A stretch of 64,000 nt of DNA from a virus: positions 53,938 through 117,937 of IMG/VR virus record IMGVR_UViG_3300021960_000027; one strand, written 5' to 3'. This document shows, piece by piece, positions 28,756-38,991 of the stretch. Made by a program: the position numbers and the translations under genes. The notes below the pieces were generated by a model. It had not been told where the DNA came from and ran no database searches. It saw only the letters and a list, made by a program, of their open reading frames with translations. Numbering within the stretch: position 1 is the first letter of the stretch; the number at the start of each line of letters is the position of its first letter.

Positions 28756-29459
28756 TGGCCTGCCCAACTTTTCATTTTGCTGGTCACCGCAGTAACTACA
28801 TTTTGATCGGTGACGATGTGGTTGATGCAGACGTATGCGATGACATTATCTCAAGATGTTTAGCCAACTATGATGATTTCTTTTACCCCGGACCGACTTT
28901 AGGTGGGGTAGACGTTGCTACAAAATCTAGTATGGATTTTGATTTTGGGGTAGATTCTGTTGTTAGCAAAGGTTTTGATCCAGAGCCGTGGGCGACGTAC
29001 GAATCAATTATGAGTAATGCCCTCACTACAATTATTAGTGAGTATCAGTCTAGTTTTTTTGATCTTTGGCGAGTGCCTAATTTAGTGGACACCGGATTCC
29101 GTCTTCAGCATTACGCAAAAAATTACGGTTACTACAGGGAACACATTGACGGTTGTGTTTGGGGACCAGTTTCTTCTCGTACAAGAATCTTTGGTGTAGT
29201 AATTTATTTAAATGACATTGATTCTGGTGGGGAAACACATTTTCCCATTCAAGAAGAGAAGGTGCAGGCAAGGGCGGGTCGGATTGCATTGTTTCCTGCC
29301 GCGTGGACACATCCTCACGCCGGTCTTCCTGCACATAGTAGTGACAAGTGGATGATTAGTTCATTTATCACATGCACTCCAGACGATGACTATTTAGAGT
29401 ATGATATTGAATCTGGAGAAATGAAGTCCCCCAATAATCAGTCAGGAGATGATGCGTGA
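28755..29459 (+). CDS. 2OG-Fe(II) oxygenase (prolyl-4-hydroxylase-like)
   Basis: EHIDG (HxD), IYLND...GGETHF, FPA..THPH, KW motif. Confidence 0.9.
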   Translation: MACPTFHFAGHRSNYILIGDDVVDADVCDDIISRCLANYDDFFYPGPTLGGVDVATKSSMDFDFGVDSVVSKGFDPEPWATYESIMSNALTTIISEYQSSFFDLWRVPNLVDTGFRLQHYAKNYGYYREHIDGCVWGPVSSRTRIFGVVIYLNDIDSGGETHFPIQEEKVQARAGRIALFPAAWTHPHAGLPAHSSDKWMISSFITCTPDDDYLEYDIESGEMKSPNNQSGDDA

Positions 29460-30070
29460 AAAAGGGAGAGGCAGTAGGGGTAGAGGTAGCACCTTGCATT
29501 GTCGTTTATGAAGATGTGTTTGATGCCACCATTTTTTTGCGTACTCTTGTTCAAGAATGTGAAAACGAAGAAGGTTTTCTTAATTGGACAAGAGACACTG
29601 TAGGTGATGGAGAAGTAACTGATAAGCGAACTTCTATGAGTTGTAGCATCGATAACTTGCGTGATGCAGAAGAATATTCAGAGACGCTTAACGAAAATAC
29701 AAAATTGTTGATTGATGAGTGGATGCAAATTTTCCCCAAAATTGACGACGTAGTTTGGTCATACCGCAGTTCCTACGACCTTCCTTTGCGCGGAGATCAG
29801 GGATACCGAGTTTTGCGTTACCGAGGTGGCGAAGAATATCAAGCCCATCACGACCACGGTCCGGGTAACAACAGGGTTCTCAGCATCGTTGCTTTTATTA
29901 ACGATGGATACACGGGGGGCGAACTGGTATTTCCTACCTTTGATGTAACCGTGACTCCTAAGGCGGGGAGTGTTGTTGCCTTTCCGTCTAACTTCCCCTA
30001 CAAGCACATTGCTAAACCTGTAGGCGAGGATGGTTCGGCTAAGTATTCGCTTGTTTCGTGGTTTGAGTGA
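29456..30070 (+). CDS. 2OG-Fe(II) oxygenase (prolyl-4-hydroxylase-like)
   Basis: AHHD (HxD), RVLS..FINDGYTGGELVF, FPSNFPYKH, KYSLVSWF. Confidence 0.9.
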   Translation: MKKGEAVGVEVAPCIVVYEDVFDATIFLRTLVQECENEEGFLNWTRDTVGDGEVTDKRTSMSCSIDNLRDAEEYSETLNENTKLLIDEWMQIFPKIDDVVWSYRSSYDLPLRGDQGYRVLRYRGGEEYQAHHDHGPGNNRVLSIVAFINDGYTGGELVFPTFDVTVTPKAGSVVAFPSNFPYKHIAKPVGEDGSAKYSLVSWFE

Positions 30071-31578
30071 TGCATAAGCACATTGTAATTGTTGGCTCAG
30101 GAACCGCCGGACTAACCACTGCCATTAGCCTCAAGTCGTGGTTTCAAATGTACGACATTACCGTTGTGTCGTCTAAGAACATTGGCATCATTGGGGTTGG
30201 AGAAGGTTCTACTGAGCATTGGCGCGGTTTTCAAAATGACATGGATATTCCCATTGAAGGGTTGCTGACTAAATCAAAGGCAACCCATAAATACGGGATT
30301 GCGTTTGAAAATTGGACAACTCACACCCCTCATTACTACCACTCTGTTTCTCACGGTCCAATTACTATCGGTAACTTTGCGGGTTCTTACGCCTACTGCA
30401 TTGAGAACGATTTGCAACTGACTAAGACTCTTTCTTGGCGGGGCATGAAAGACGGCAAGATTCCTTATAGCGAAGACAAGGAAGGCAACGAAAATACTCA
30501 TCTTAATACCAACCAATATCACTTTGATACACACGCTCTTAACGATTTTTTGAAAGTAATTGCTGTTGAACGCGGTGTGTACTTTGTTGAGGATGAAGTT
30601 GACTTTGTTGTCAAGGACGAAGAAGGTTGGGTTGACTCTCTTTATTTGAAGAGGGCTAGGGGCAGAATTAAAGCCGATCTATTTATTGACGCTTCAGGCT
30701 TTAATCGTGTGCTTTTAAAAGAGATGGACGACCAAACGTTTGTCGATTACGGAAAATATTTACCTTGCGATAGTGCAGTAGTTTTTCCAACTCCCTCGCG
30801 CGAAGATGGAAAAATCCTTCCTTTTACTCGTTCTCGCGCCTTAAGTTCTGGATGGCTGTGGGAGATTCCGACTCAAGAACGTAGGGGAAATGGATACGTC
30901 TATTCTTCTAAGTACATTTCTGACGATGAAGCACAGAAAGAGGCGTTTGACGCGGCGGGCTATGAGTCTGAAGAAAGCCGTATCCTTCGGTTTGAATCTG
31001 GTTACATGAAAAAGACTTGGCAAAAGAACGTTGTGGCAGTTGGCTTGTCTTCTGGTTTTATTGAACCTTTGGAGGCAACATCTATTTCTATGTCGCTACA
31101 GCAGGCTCGCTTAATTGCTTCCTATTTACCGACGTTTAATAAAGAGTCGCGATTCATGGTGGATGAGTACCATCGACTTATGGATCAAATTATGGAAAAC
31201 ACTTTGTCCATGATTTCTCTCCACTACATTTCTGACCGTACGGACTCTGAGATGTGGAGAGATCAGCAGAACGCCCCCAAGCCAGAACTGTTAGAACGGC
31301 TTTTAGGGTTGTGGGCAGAACGTTGCCCAGAGATTCACGACATGCCCCATTCTGGATTTGAGTTATTTAATCCTGTACACTTGTGGCATGTAGCGCAAGG
31401 TCAAGGTTTGATTGATAAAGACTTAGCCACTATGCAACTGGATGCCTACGGTTCTCGCGGTCCATCTCGTCAGCATATTAATCAGGTAACTGCCGAGTAT
31501 ATGAGGGGAGATATCGTTGACCACCGAGAAGCACTCCAGCGACTTGCCGAACGATTTGAAGATAGTCAGTCCAAGTAG
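30067..31578 (+). CDS. flavin-dependent tryptophan halogenase family protein
   Basis: IVGSGTAG (FAD), IGVGEGS, ATHKYGI (catalytic Lys position), FIDASGF, WLWEIP (WxWxIP), FIEPLEATS. Confidence 0.92.
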   Translation: MMHKHIVIVGSGTAGLTTAISLKSWFQMYDITVVSSKNIGIIGVGEGSTEHWRGFQNDMDIPIEGLLTKSKATHKYGIAFENWTTHTPHYYHSVSHGPITIGNFAGSYAYCIENDLQLTKTLSWRGMKDGKIPYSEDKEGNENTHLNTNQYHFDTHALNDFLKVIAVERGVYFVEDEVDFVVKDEEGWVDSLYLKRARGRIKADLFIDASGFNRVLLKEMDDQTFVDYGKYLPCDSAVVFPTPSREDGKILPFTRSRALSSGWLWEIPTQERRGNGYVYSSKYISDDEAQKEAFDAAGYESEESRILRFESGYMKKTWQKNVVAVGLSSGFIEPLEATSISMSLQQARLIASYLPTFNKESRFMVDEYHRLMDQIMENTLSMISLHYISDRTDSEMWRDQQNAPKPELLERLLGLWAERCPEIHDMPHSGFELFNPVHLWHVAQGQGLIDKDLATMQLDAYGSRGPSRQHINQVTAEYMRGDIVDHREALQRLAERFEDSQSK

Positions 31579-32368
31579 TATTCACGAAATTCAGCCGAAA
31601 CCGGGGCAGGTGTTTATGGCACCTCAGACTCCCATTTTGTTTCACGAAAAGTCGTTACCCATTAACAACACCCGCTCATGGCCTGACTGGTGGAAAGAAG
31701 TCGATTCGACTGAGGGAAGTGTCCGACGCTGTGCTGGAACGGCTGATTACATCAGCCTTGGTTTGACGATTCCGTTGTGGGCTAACCTCAAACTGCGCCC
31801 TTCCCCTAACAAGCGTCAGTGGGAGTCACAATTCGATATTGCTGGTGACCACCCATTCAGTGTTGAGGGTTTTAGTTTTGAGCAAACTGGGGCGATTCCT
31901 GTCACTGAGGTGCGCGGCATTAAGCGTGCAAACTATGTCAAGATCATTAATCCGTGGGTTATTAAGACTGCTCCCGGTTGGTCTTGCATGTTTCTTCCTG
32001 ACATGTATCAGCCAGACCCTAATTGGACGATTCTTCCGGCGGTAGTCAACACGGATTATTACCATCATGCCCATATTGTTATTAATGTTTTAGCCGAGGA
32101 CGAGTTCACTATTCCTGTGGGCTATCCGATGCAACACATCATCCCGTTTGAACGATCCACTACAGGCATTGAGATGCAATATGGTGATCGAAATGCGTAT
32201 GAGATCATGGATCAGGCAGGGTTCGGCACTCCATTTATCCCGCGCAACATGAAATCTAAGTACAAGAAGACTCAGCGTGAAATGGATGCTGGTGTTGAAA
32301 AGTGTCCTGTTGTTGGTCATACAGAAAAAGTAAAAAAACAGCGCAGGTGGTTCAGCAAGAATAAATAG
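31517..32368 (+). CDS. conserved hypothetical protein (DUF6065-like beta fold)
   Basis: PDWWK...RC...IPLW, KIINPWVIKTAPGWS, VVNTD and QHIIPF motifs recalled from phage oxygenase clusters; start uncertain. Confidence 0.55.
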   Translation: MTTEKHSSDLPNDLKIVSPSSIHEIQPKPGQVFMAPQTPILFHEKSLPINNTRSWPDWWKEVDSTEGSVRRCAGTADYISLGLTIPLWANLKLRPSPNKRQWESQFDIAGDHPFSVEGFSFEQTGAIPVTEVRGIKRANYVKIINPWVIKTAPGWSCMFLPDMYQPDPNWTILPAVVNTDYYHHAHIVINVLAEDEFTIPVGYPMQHIIPFERSTTGIEMQYGDRNAYEIMDQAGFGTPFIPRNMKSKYKKTQREMDAGVEKCPVVGHTEKVKKQRRWFSKNK

Positions 32369-32408
32369 TCTGATGTATTCTTCGTGTTAAGTATGACCGG
32401 AGTGGCGC

Positions 32409-33782
32409 ATGGCTATTGATTTCCCAAATTCCCCATCGACTAATGACACCTACACGGTCAATGGGCGCACCTATATCTGGAATGGCGAGAAATGGTTGAG
32501 GGCACAGCCCGAACTGACCTCGGTCGTCCCCACCCTGACGGTGTCGAATGACCTAACTGTAGACACAGACACTCTGCATGTCGATTCTACGAATAATCGT
32601 GTCGGTATCGGCACGACTAGTCCTAGCCAAACATTAGATGTTGTCGGCAAACTAGATGTGAGCGACGATGTTGACATTGGTGGAGGCAACTTTGGCTACC
32701 GATTGAACGCGACCGCAGACGATTCTTATGTGGCGCACCTTGGTTCAAACTCACCGACCGCAAAGATTGACATGTTTTCTGCGGATAGCACTAATTTGTA
32801 TGTTGCTACCGCTGGCGTACATTTGGACATACCTAGTTTCGACCCGCTTTTGGGTGAGTCGGCTGAACCAACTCTTAGTATCAAATTCACTGACACCACC
32901 GCAGTCAGGATCAAAAAAGTAGGAAGCACGTTCGACACCAGCCTGCTCAACGGTAATGTCGGTATCGGCACAACCAGCCCTAGTCATACTCTTGATGTGA
33001 ACGGCAAAGCCGTTGTCGGTGGCGGTGACAACCAAACTCCCGATGCGTCTGGTAATGGTCACCTAATGATTGACGGCTCTGGGTACACAGGGTTTGCTTC
33101 CCTTGATGGTACAGCGATGTGGGTTGGTCACAACTCTGGCTCTCGCAAGTTGTATCTGGCTACTGATGAGACCGCCCGTCTCACCGTTGACGGTACTGGC
33201 AATGTCGGTATCAATGACACCACGCCGTCGTACACGTTGGATGTCAACGGAGACATCAACACGACAAGTAAGTATTTGAGAGGCGGTAAGGCGACGGGTG
33301 ACACTCTGCTGGCTAGTGGTTCGTTTAGTTCTACGGGCGTTGCAATCACCAGCGTGTTCTCTAGCAGTTATGCAAACTACAGGATTTTGCTGACAGTCAA
33401 GAACAGTAACTCTGGTGAACTTTACTATCGAATGATGAACGGAGGGACTTGGTACACCTCTTCGGTCTACGAGATTCAAAGATTGTACGCTCAGGGAACT
33501 TCTGTTGGTGGCACCCGAACGCAAGCGAACAGTTATGGTCGGGTTGGTTACATGGGTGGGGGCTACTGGTCATCTGCTGAAATGACCATTTACAACCCGT
33601 ACATAACTAGAGAAACGGATGTTGCTTCGCATGAAGTGTACGGCGACAACGCTTACAAGGGGATGATTGAAGTAGATCACTCACAGGTTGGGACTTCAAC
33701 TTCTTTTGATGGCATCTTTATCGGAGCCGCGGCAGGAGGAACTATGTACGGTTCCTATCGTGTGTATGGGATAGCGCAATGA
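32409..33782 (+). CDS. tail fibre protein
   Basis: MAIDFPNSPS N-terminal anchor, VGIGTTSP repeats, C-terminal VFSSSYANYRI...RVYG domain. Confidence 0.85.
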   Translation: MAIDFPNSPSTNDTYTVNGRTYIWNGEKWLRAQPELTSVVPTLTVSNDLTVDTDTLHVDSTNNRVGIGTTSPSQTLDVVGKLDVSDDVDIGGGNFGYRLNATADDSYVAHLGSNSPTAKIDMFSADSTNLYVATAGVHLDIPSFDPLLGESAEPTLSIKFTDTTAVRIKKVGSTFDTSLLNGNVGIGTTSPSHTLDVNGKAVVGGGDNQTPDASGNGHLMIDGSGYTGFASLDGTAMWVGHNSGSRKLYLATDETARLTVDGTGNVGINDTTPSYTLDVNGDINTTSKYLRGGKATGDTLLASGSFSSTGVAITSVFSSSYANYRILLTVKNSNSGELYYRMMNGGTWYTSSVYEIQRLYAQGTSVGGTRTQANSYGRVGYMGGGYWSSAEMTIYNPYITRETDVASHEVYGDNAYKGMIEVDHSQVGTSTSFDGIFIGAAAGGTMYGSYRVYGIAQ

Positions 33783-34057
33783 TGAAACACATTCACAATG
33801 TTGAAACTGGCGAAGAGTACGACATTGAATTTACCGAAGAAGAGATTGCGTCGCTAGATGCTTTGCAGAATGAATCAGCACGAATAACTGCCAAAGAGAA
33901 AAGAGACATGCTTCTGAAAGACTCAGACTGGCGTGTTCTTCCCCACTCTCCATCAGATGTTGAAGCGTGGGCTGTTTACCGTCAACAGTTGCGTGATCTC
34001 CCATCTGACCCTGCTTGGCCTTATGTTGAGTTCCCTGATCCACCGGAGGCTAACTAA
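33779..34057 (+). CDS. tail fibre assembly chaperone
   Basis: RDMLLKDSDW...WAVYRQQLRDLP...FPDPP motif. Confidence 0.85.
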   Translation: MMKHIHNVETGEEYDIEFTEEEIASLDALQNESARITAKEKRDMLLKDSDWRVLPHSPSDVEAWAVYRQQLRDLPSDPAWPYVEFPDPPEAN

Positions 34058-35556
34058 TGGCTATCAACTTTCCTGATTCCCCCTCCGTAAACGACACCCA
34101 TACAGTTGGTGACAAGACTTGGACTTGGGACGGTACTGCTTGGAACGTAGTTGTTGGGGGCATCCCCACAACCATCAATGAACTTACAATCACAAACGAC
34201 CTGACAGTTGATACAAACACCCTTTATGTCGATTCTACAAACAACCGGCTTGGTATCGGTACAACCAGCCCTGCGACGACATTAGACGTTGAAGGTGCAA
34301 TCGAAGGTCACGCGATCAGCGCATCTACAGATGCGGTTCTTAACCTGAAGGCATCATACGCGCAACTCCAGTTAACAGACACCGACGACAGCACCTACAT
34401 CCATTACTCGTATAGTGGTGGCGTACTTCGCCATCGCTACAACAGTTACAACGCAAATGAGTTCCTCACGCTTGACGCAGTGAATGGGAGGGTCGGTATC
34501 GGTACAACCAACCCTGCAACGACTTTGGAAGTAGCCGGTGCCGCGGCTCATATCCGTATTACTGACTCGGATACTGCTGGCACTACTGGTATTGATTTTT
34601 ACGACAGCAACGGCACGGCAGATGTTGAGTTGGAGGTTGGTAACTCTACTCAGTATTTTGCGATCAAAACCGCTGGTTCTGAGGCGATGCGTATTGATTC
34701 GTCGGGCAATGTCGGTATCGGTACAACCAGTCCAAATCAGAAACTTGATGTTGATGGCAACCTTGCTGTTCGTGGCAAAATGGTCACAGGATTATCCACA
34801 TTCACCCAAGAACCGTGGGCTAACTCAACTATTGCTCTAGGTAACTACGGGTTCGTTGGGACAGAAGGTTCCTATGGGACATCGCTGGTGTGGAACTGGG
34901 AACGTGGTACAGATTCTGGTTACTACAGTTTGGGTGTCAACTCGTACACTTCCGCGGCTGGTATCCACATGCGTAACGATGGTATTCGTTTCCAGTTTGA
35001 TTCGTCATGGGGTGCTACATCGGAACCCACGACCAGAATGCAGGTGCTTGCGACTGGAGTCAACATACTCACACAGGTACAGAGTCAGCGAATACTTCCG
35101 TTTTCAGATAACACATACAACTTGGGCGACGGGGTTTTGAGGTGGGCAAATATATACGGTGCCACCGGGTCAGTAAATAGTTCAGACATTAGGGATAAGA
35201 CAGACATTTTGGATTTGGATTACGGTCTTGAGTTTATTCAAAGTCTTAGACCTGTCAAATACCGATTTGATGACAGAGATGCTGAAGCACCCGGAGTTAG
35301 AACACACATGGGTTTCATTGCTCAAGAAGTTGCCGAGGCAATGGGTCAAGAGGCAACAAACAGAGGTGTTTGGACAAGTACGCTAAATTCTGTTTTGGAA
35401 ACGACAGATGAAGAAGGAAACACTATAACCATCACAAGAGATCGTCAGGGTTTGCGTTACTCCGAGTTCATCGCCCCCATAGTGAAGTCTGTACAAGAGT
35501 TGTCGTCTATGGTTGCCACTTTGACTGCCCGTATTGAAGCGTTAGAGACTAACTAA
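34057..35556 (+). CDS. tail fibre with C-terminal peptidase S74 intramolecular chaperone
   Basis: MAINFPDSPS anchor, GIGTT repeats, SSDIRDK...LRPVKY...GFIAQEV...VKSVQEL. Confidence 0.9.
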   Translation: MAINFPDSPSVNDTHTVGDKTWTWDGTAWNVVVGGIPTTINELTITNDLTVDTNTLYVDSTNNRLGIGTTSPATTLDVEGAIEGHAISASTDAVLNLKASYAQLQLTDTDDSTYIHYSYSGGVLRHRYNSYNANEFLTLDAVNGRVGIGTTNPATTLEVAGAAAHIRITDSDTAGTTGIDFYDSNGTADVELEVGNSTQYFAIKTAGSEAMRIDSSGNVGIGTTSPNQKLDVDGNLAVRGKMVTGLSTFTQEPWANSTIALGNYGFVGTEGSYGTSLVWNWERGTDSGYYSLGVNSYTSAAGIHMRNDGIRFQFDSSWGATSEPTTRMQVLATGVNILTQVQSQRILPFSDNTYNLGDGVLRWANIYGATGSVNSSDIRDKTDILDLDYGLEFIQSLRPVKYRFDDRDAEAPGVRTHMGFIAQEVAEAMGQEATNRGVWTSTLNSVLETTDEEGNTITITRDRQGLRYSEFIAPIVKSVQELSSMVATLTARIEALETN

Positions 35557-35569
35557 AAGGAGTGAATAA

Positions 35570-35722
35570 ATGAATGCAAGTATTGAAGAAGTACAGGGAA
35601 TTATTGATTCATTGTTGGAGCAAGTAAAAACATTGTCTCTTCAGAATGCAATTTTGAACGGAAAAATTAGGTTGCTTTCTTCCACTTCACCTACCGATCA
35701 GAAAGATTCTTCTGACGAATAA
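35570..35722 (+). CDS. small coiled-coil protein (50 aa), not in ORF track
   Basis: AAGGAG SD; MNASIEEVQGIIDSLLEQVKTLSLQNAILNGK. Confidence 0.65.
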   Translation: MNASIEEVQGIIDSLLEQVKTLSLQNAILNGKIRLLSSTSPTDQKDSSDE

Positions 35723-35734
35723 ATATCTTATTAC

Positions 35735-35766
35735 CCTGCCTCGGTTGGCGTAAGACAGGTTAAGAG
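35735..35766 (+). promoter_or_regulatory. candidate late promoter CCTGCC-N20-TAAGAG
   Basis: Variant of the recurring motif, ending 3 nt before ATG 35770. Confidence 0.45.
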
Positions 35767-35769
35767 GCG

Positions 35770-38037
35770 ATGGCTGAACTTCGTTATTCAATCGGCTCAC
35801 TGGAAGTCGCTCAAGGTGCGTTGGCGGGAACCTCTCTTCCCGTACCAACGGTGTACGCGACTGGCAGGGTTTCGGGTTCGATTGCTTCGATGGGGTCAGG
35901 AAAAAAATCTTCTTCTGTAGATTCTTTTGCCTACTTTTTGACCGAATCTTCTGCGAGTGGTCAACGAAAGGCAATTCCTTCTTCGTCATCTGATGTTACG
36001 ATTTCATTATCTTGTGCTGGAGACAGGAATTCTAAATCAACTGCAAATTCTTCTGTTGGAACTGCTCTTCTTGTAAACGCAGTCCGCAATTCATCAAATG
36101 ATGGCGCAACAAGAATTGCATTTCCGCTTTTCTCAACTTGTGCGAAGTCTGGGGGAGGCTCTGGGAATTCAAATATTTCACTTGCTCCGTATGGAGGTGG
36201 GGGCAAGGGAATTTCTTTAGATTCCATTCTTGCAATGATGGTTTCTCAGGAAACATCTGTGGTTCCATCAATTAGTGGTTCGTCAACTATCTCTTTTGCG
36301 CTTCCCAATTACGGGACAGGAAGTCCGCAAGACATTGGCGCAAGTAGAATGCCGGTGGCTGTCGAAGCGGTTGCGGAAGGCTCTCCGACAAAAACTGCTT
36401 CCTCTTCACTGCTGTTTGGTCTTTCGGCGTTGTCGACCTGTTCACGCTCTGTTGGAGCGGAGTCTTCTACAGACATTGCTATCGAAGCAGACTGTGGGGC
36501 AACCAAGTCAAATGCAGGGGAAGGTCAGGTTGAATGCAGTGTAGAAACCACTTCTTTTGTATCACGAAACCTGATCGCCCAGTCGATTGTTGATTTCGCT
36601 TTTCAATGCGAATCAAGTCAAGTAACAGTTGTAGAGATTCATTATGGTTCAGGTTCTTCATCGCTTGCGTTTGGTTTTGAAGCGACGATTTCTTCCGTCA
36701 GCCGATCTGGTGTTGCAGGCAATGCTGTTGTTTCTGGAGCAACTACTGCTCAGTGCAATCGTACGGCAGATGATGTCACTGCTAAAACGTCTGCCGTTCT
36801 TGAAGTTTCTGTTGACTGCAAAAAGGCGATACCAAGTTCTGGTGATACTTCCATTTCTGTATTGGCAGATGTCGCTTCGGAAAAGCAGATCGAAGCGGTC
36901 GGAGAGTCGTCTGTCTCAATAGCACTTCCTGTCGCATCAACGAAAGATACTGATTCCGAGTCTTCTGCCTCGCTGTCTATTGCTACTGCTGTTGAGGCAT
37001 TGAGAGACGCAGAGCCAACGACAAAACTTCCGTTGTTGATTTCGACAAGAGCGCAAAGCGGACCGGCTTCAACAAGACAGGTAATTTCTCTTCGCACCTT
37101 CTCACTTGCTTACCCGAATAAAGTTGTGTCTGAATCTCCTGTTGGGGTTGCAGTTCATGGCGAAGGGCACGCAGTTGGAGAGAGAATAGTTGGCTCTTTC
37201 TTGTCGGTCGGGGTGCGTGGATATGTTGGTGCTACCAAATCTGTGCCTCAAGAATCTTCTGTTGAAACGTCTGTTCGTGTTGGGGCACTTTCACTAAAAG
37301 ACGTTCCGCAAGAGAGTTCACAGGCAGTTGGTGTTGCAGGAACATCTGTATGTGTTCGTGCAACCACGGATGCGTCTGGTCAATGCCCAGCATCAAGTTC
37401 CTCTAATACGTTTGCGCTTCGTCGTCAATATGTGACGGCAGAGGTTGAGGTTTCAGTTGCTGGTGGGGGTGTCCCACTGAAGGGTGCTGTTCCAACGGGT
37501 ATTTTGGCAGAGGCAATATTGCCGGTTGCGTTGTCCTCAAAGTCTCTTCTGGCTTCATCATCTGTCCCATACACAATTACGTTCATCCCACTCTCTGTTG
37601 CCGATCACAGTGGGTCTGGAGAATCAAGTCTTGGTGCAACAATTTCGGTCAGTGCCGTCAAGGAGTCGATTGAGAATTCACTGCTTGAGGTTTCCTCTAT
37701 TGTCGGGGGAGATGTTGGTTTCCGAAACTCATTCCCAGACTCAATCATTCTCTCCATGTTCGCTGGAACATCATTGGCAGAAGTCGGGGACGCAGGCATT
37801 CTTGCCGGTCCGACCATCTACAAGTTTGGCGAAAGAGTTGTTGTTTTTGAGGCCGCGGCAGAATCCAATGGACAGGACAGAATGTCTGTTGATAGTTCTG
37901 GGGCTAGGATTACGATTACCGAAGAGGGTGTTAGTTCAGACGACGAAGTGAAGGTGTCGACAAGAGCCTCGCGAGTCTCAGTTACTCAAACTGGAGGAAA
38001 TCGTCCGACCAGTAGGATTACTCGCCCGACCAACTAG
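35770..38037 (+). CDS. Ser/Ala/Val-rich probable beta-repeat structural protein
   Basis: 755 aa low-complexity with loose ~20-aa periodicity; no enzyme motif seen. Confidence 0.6.
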   Translation: MAELRYSIGSLEVAQGALAGTSLPVPTVYATGRVSGSIASMGSGKKSSSVDSFAYFLTESSASGQRKAIPSSSSDVTISLSCAGDRNSKSTANSSVGTALLVNAVRNSSNDGATRIAFPLFSTCAKSGGGSGNSNISLAPYGGGGKGISLDSILAMMVSQETSVVPSISGSSTISFALPNYGTGSPQDIGASRMPVAVEAVAEGSPTKTASSSLLFGLSALSTCSRSVGAESSTDIAIEADCGATKSNAGEGQVECSVETTSFVSRNLIAQSIVDFAFQCESSQVTVVEIHYGSGSSSLAFGFEATISSVSRSGVAGNAVVSGATTAQCNRTADDVTAKTSAVLEVSVDCKKAIPSSGDTSISVLADVASEKQIEAVGESSVSIALPVASTKDTDSESSASLSIATAVEALRDAEPTTKLPLLISTRAQSGPASTRQVISLRTFSLAYPNKVVSESPVGVAVHGEGHAVGERIVGSFLSVGVRGYVGATKSVPQESSVETSVRVGALSLKDVPQESSQAVGVAGTSVCVRATTDASGQCPASSSSNTFALRRQYVTAEVEVSVAGGGVPLKGAVPTGILAEAILPVALSSKSLLASSSVPYTITFIPLSVADHSGSGESSLGATISVSAVKESIENSLLEVSSIVGGDVGFRNSFPDSIILSMFAGTSLAEVGDAGILAGPTIYKFGERVVVFEAAAESNGQDRMSVDSSGARITITEEGVSSDDEVKVSTRASRVSVTQTGGNRPTSRITRPTN

Positions 38038-38039
38038 GG

Positions 38040-38069
38040 TTGATTATTTTATTTCATTTGTGTTACAAT
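38040..38069 (+). promoter_or_regulatory. SigA-type promoter with extended -10
   Basis: TTGATT-N18-TACAAT with TGn immediately before the -10. Confidence 0.65.
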
Positions 38070-38130
38070 CGCTGATAACACAAACGCTACCTTTGACAAA
38101 GTAGCCCTACCGCCAAGGGAAAGTCGAAAC

Positions 38131-38685
38131 ATGCTTTTTAAATATTACTTGCTGTTGCCCGTGTTGTTTTTTAGTTCGGTCTGGTCGTGGTCAACCCAAG
38201 GTGACCCACCAGCACCGCCAGAACTGTCGTATTCTGAGGTCGTTGAGTTCGATCCGGTTGTTAATGTCTCAACCACATCAACCATTCCTTCAACAACCGC
38301 ATCAACCACATCAACCATTCCTCCAGCAACTACCGTTCCCGAAACGACAACAACTGTTTCGGGCTTTGATGATGCTGAGTGTCCAGAGATTTGGGATGTC
38401 GCTCTCAGCGTTGGGTGGAAGCAAGAGTGGCTTCCATTGCTGGACAAGATTGTCATTGCCGAAAGTCAATGTACGGAATCCATCGTTTCTCGCACCAAGG
38501 ATTATGGATACACGCAAATCAACTGGTCTGCCCACGGCTCACGACTTACTGCCAACGGGGTGAGTCGGGAAGACTTGCTGGTTGCTGAAATCAATTTACG
38601 AGAAGCACTTTGGATTGCCGTGTACGCAGAAGAGCATTACGGGTGCTGGAGCCAGCCGTGGTACATGTCAGGAAAATGGTGTTGA
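38131..38685 (+). CDS. secreted lytic transglycosylase-like protein
   Basis: Hydrophobic N-terminus, Thr/Pro linker, AES catalytic motif, DYGYTQIN and W..W motifs. Confidence 0.75.
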   Translation: MLFKYYLLLPVLFFSSVWSWSTQGDPPAPPELSYSEVVEFDPVVNVSTTSTIPSTTASTTSTIPPATTVPETTTTVSGFDDAECPEIWDVALSVGWKQEWLPLLDKIVIAESQCTESIVSRTKDYGYTQINWSAHGSRLTANGVSREDLLVAEINLREALWIAVYAEEHYGCWSQPWYMSGKWC

Positions 38686-38751
38686 GCATCCTCCTGTAAA
38701 TTACATTATTGTGATATGCTTCCCCGATGGCTTTAGGGAGTAGTCAACTGC

Positions 38752-38991
38752 GTGTTTACGCGTGAATCGTGGATGGACAGGTCTTCCTGCCAAACGTACC
38801 CAACTGAAGTGTTTTTTCCAGACGAGTCTTCTCGTAAAAAGGATAAGGGTCGTGAGGCAATGTTGATTTGCTCCACTTGTCCCGTTCGTTCGGAGTGCTG
38901 GGATTATGCATGCCGATTCAAAGTGACTCACGGTGTATGGGCAGGTGTACTTTTAACCCCAAGAGGAAGAAGGGTAGATGTCGTTGAGTGA
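38752..38991 (+). CDS. whiB: WhiB family transcription factor
   Basis: C...FFP...CSTCPVRSEC...GVWAG. Confidence 0.92.
   Translation: MFTRESWMDRSSCQTYPTEVFFPDESSRKKDKGREAMLICSTCPVRSECWDYACRFKVTHGVWAGVLLTPRGRRVDVVE

Noticed and set aside
21554-35556. Diversity-generating retroelement acting on fibres
   Set aside because: No reverse transcriptase and no template/variable repeat pair seen in the window.
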